Position numbers and translations under genes: made by a program
The notes under the pieces: model-generated
Databases searched by the model: none
What the model was told of the DNA's origin: nothing
The model's input: only the letters and a program-made list of their open reading frames with translations
Part shown: piece after piece, positions 19,095 through 20,000 of the stretch
Numbering within the stretch: position 1 is the stretch's first letter
Layout: every line of letters starts with the position of its first letter
Sequence record: DRR723986_3005
Reading direction: 5' to 3' (one strand)
Length of the DNA: 20,000 bases

Positions 19095-19703
19095 CTAGTT
19101 AGATCCTTCACCCTCGTCCTCATCGGCTGCACGCTTGGGTGTAATTACTGGAGGCTTAGAGCCGACTTTTCTTTCACCATCAACTTCGTCTTCAGTGTCA
19201 TTCGGCAACTGCACAACATTGCCTTCATCACTCAACAGACTGAAACACCGAACAATGCTATCCCCGTTTCGTGCAATCACTAACACATCCTGAATCGACG
19301 CTTCAAGCGGCTTCTTCAAAACATATACGACTTCTAATCGGTGAACGGACGGGAGACCAAATAAATCTTGATCCTGATCATGGTAAGCAATCGCTAATTG
19401 GGTCGGAAAATTAGCCGTCAGACCACTTACTCCGCCTTTCTTAAAACGAAACAGGAGCGTACCCTTAACCAAATAACTAACGGTCAAAGGCTCATCCAGA
19501 ACTCTAATCTGCCTATTCGTAGAAAATCTCTCGTGCGCTTCAGTGCGCATAAATTCCCAAACTGCGTTGGCTCTACCTCTAGCAGTCCAATCAGGTTGTT
19601 TCATGTCCAGCCAACGCTGCCAAGACTTCATCACTATCGCGACTAGGTCCTCCCTAACAAACGCTAACTGATCCTTAATTTCATCATCACTGGGTAAACT
19701 CAA
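19095..19703 (-). CDS. Hypothetical protein, putative toxin/effector partner of the HTH-IrrE protein
   Basis: 202-aa ORF with TTG start and a strong AAAGGAG RBS (19711-19717); stop is 2 bp before the next ATG; acidic C-terminal tail. The function call is inferred from context. Confidence 0.75.
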   Translation of the reverse strand: MSLPSDDEIKDQLAFVREDLVAIVMKSWQRWLDMKQPDWTARGRANAVWEFMRTEAHERFSTNRQIRVLDEPLTVSYLVKGTLLFRFKKGGVSGLTANFPTQLAIAYHDQDQDLFGLPSVHRLEVVYVLKKPLEASIQDVLVIARNGDSIVRCFSLLSDEGNVVQLPNDTEDEVDGERKVGSKPPVITPKRAADEDEGEGSN

Positions 19704-19754
19704 AACTTAACTCCTTTACTCCATCTGGAATACTCGCCCGCACCAATACATATG

Positions 19755-19783
19755 AGGATAGCAAATCCGATTTGCAAAATCAA
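19755..19783 (-). promoter_or_regulatory. Sigma70-type promoter of the cargo operon with a palindromic operator candidate in the spacer
   Basis: Minus strand reads TTGATT-N17-TATCCT with an extended TGn before the -10. The spacer contains GCAAATC-C-GATTTGC (19761-19775). Confidence 0.6.
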
Positions 19784-19883
19784 CTATATTTTATTCATGA
19801 AATTATTCACGAGGAGCTAAGACAATGTTTCAAAACGTCATTTTTTGGGTACGATTTTATGATAAGGTCTAGCCACAGCCGTT

Positions 19884-19896
19884 TAAGCCCTTGATT
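19884..19896 (-). promoter_or_regulatory. IHF consensus site
   Basis: Minus strand AATCAAGGGCTTA is a full match to WATCAANNNNTTR, near the att site. Confidence 0.55.
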
Positions 19897-19905
19897 TTGC
19901 ACCAC

Positions 19906-19944
19906 AAAAAAAAGGCCAATTGGCTAACCTTTGAGGTTAGCCAA
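19906..19944 (-). terminator. Hairpin plus U-tract downstream of the tRNA (possible intrinsic terminator; also made of the arm-like repeat)
   Basis: Perfect 11-bp stem TTGGCTAACCT/AGGTTAGCCAA (19920-19944), followed on the minus strand by TTGGCC and T8. Confidence 0.5.
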
Positions 19945-19970
19945 GCTAAGTCATTGTTTTTAAAGGATTG

Positions 19971-20000
19971 TGGTGGGCCCGGAGGGACTCGAACCCCCGA
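19971..20000 (-). tRNA. tRNA gene, 3' 30 nt only (anticodon outside the window; acceptor stem compatible with tRNA-Ile2/Met CAT, unconfirmed)
   Basis: Reverse complement TCGGGGGTTCGAGTCCCTCCGGGCCCACCA shows a T-arm with GTTCGA loop, the acceptor 3' strand and an encoded CCA. Confidence 0.92.

Larger units (their letters stand above)
17911..19985. mobile_element. Small tRNA-anchored integrative cassette/islet without integrase
   Basis: Flanking 16-bp direct repeats 2059 bp apart, one overlapping the tRNA 3' end; internal imperfect inverted repeats at 17949-17971 and 19934-19956; two cargo genes only. Confidence 0.8.

Noticed and set aside
19704-19969. Possible integrase remnant next to the tRNA
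   Set aside because: The stretch is only about 265 bp, has no ORF in the track and no recognisable integrase motif. It is explained by promoter and arm-like sites.
1-20000. CRISPR array, IS element or rRNA
   Set aside because: No regularly spaced repeats, transposase ORF or rRNA-like sequence seen.

Overview
This window looks like a bacterial chromosome segment, probably alphaproteobacterial (inferred from the PleC/DivJ-like kinase, the gene set and the tRNA end). Bases 1-17.8 kb hold ordinary metabolic and stress genes: an IorAB-type molybdoenzyme (large subunit truncated by the window edge), yaaA, an MFS transporter, an orphan HAMP histidine kinase, gloA, a GAF/MsrC-like protein, a GNAT, an exported DUF442-type CX4R protein, a class V aminotransferase, an orphan MacB/FtsX-type permease behind a near-perfect sigma54 promoter, DoxX, an ALDH-ureohydrolase-FAD oxidoreductase cluster and an S10 peptidase. 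The most interesting part is the last 2.1 kb. A 2059-bp cassette sits at the 3' end of a tRNA, flanked by a 16-bp direct repeat of the tRNA 3' end. Its inner ends are mirror-image, with IHF-like boxes plus TTGGCTAACC repeats, and it has no integrase. Its only cargo is a two-gene operon: an uncharacterised 202-aa protein and an XRE-HTH/ImmA-IrrE metallopeptidase, with a palindromic operator candidate inside the promoter. This is a candidate toxin-antitoxin/anti-phage module on a non-autonomous integrative cassette.
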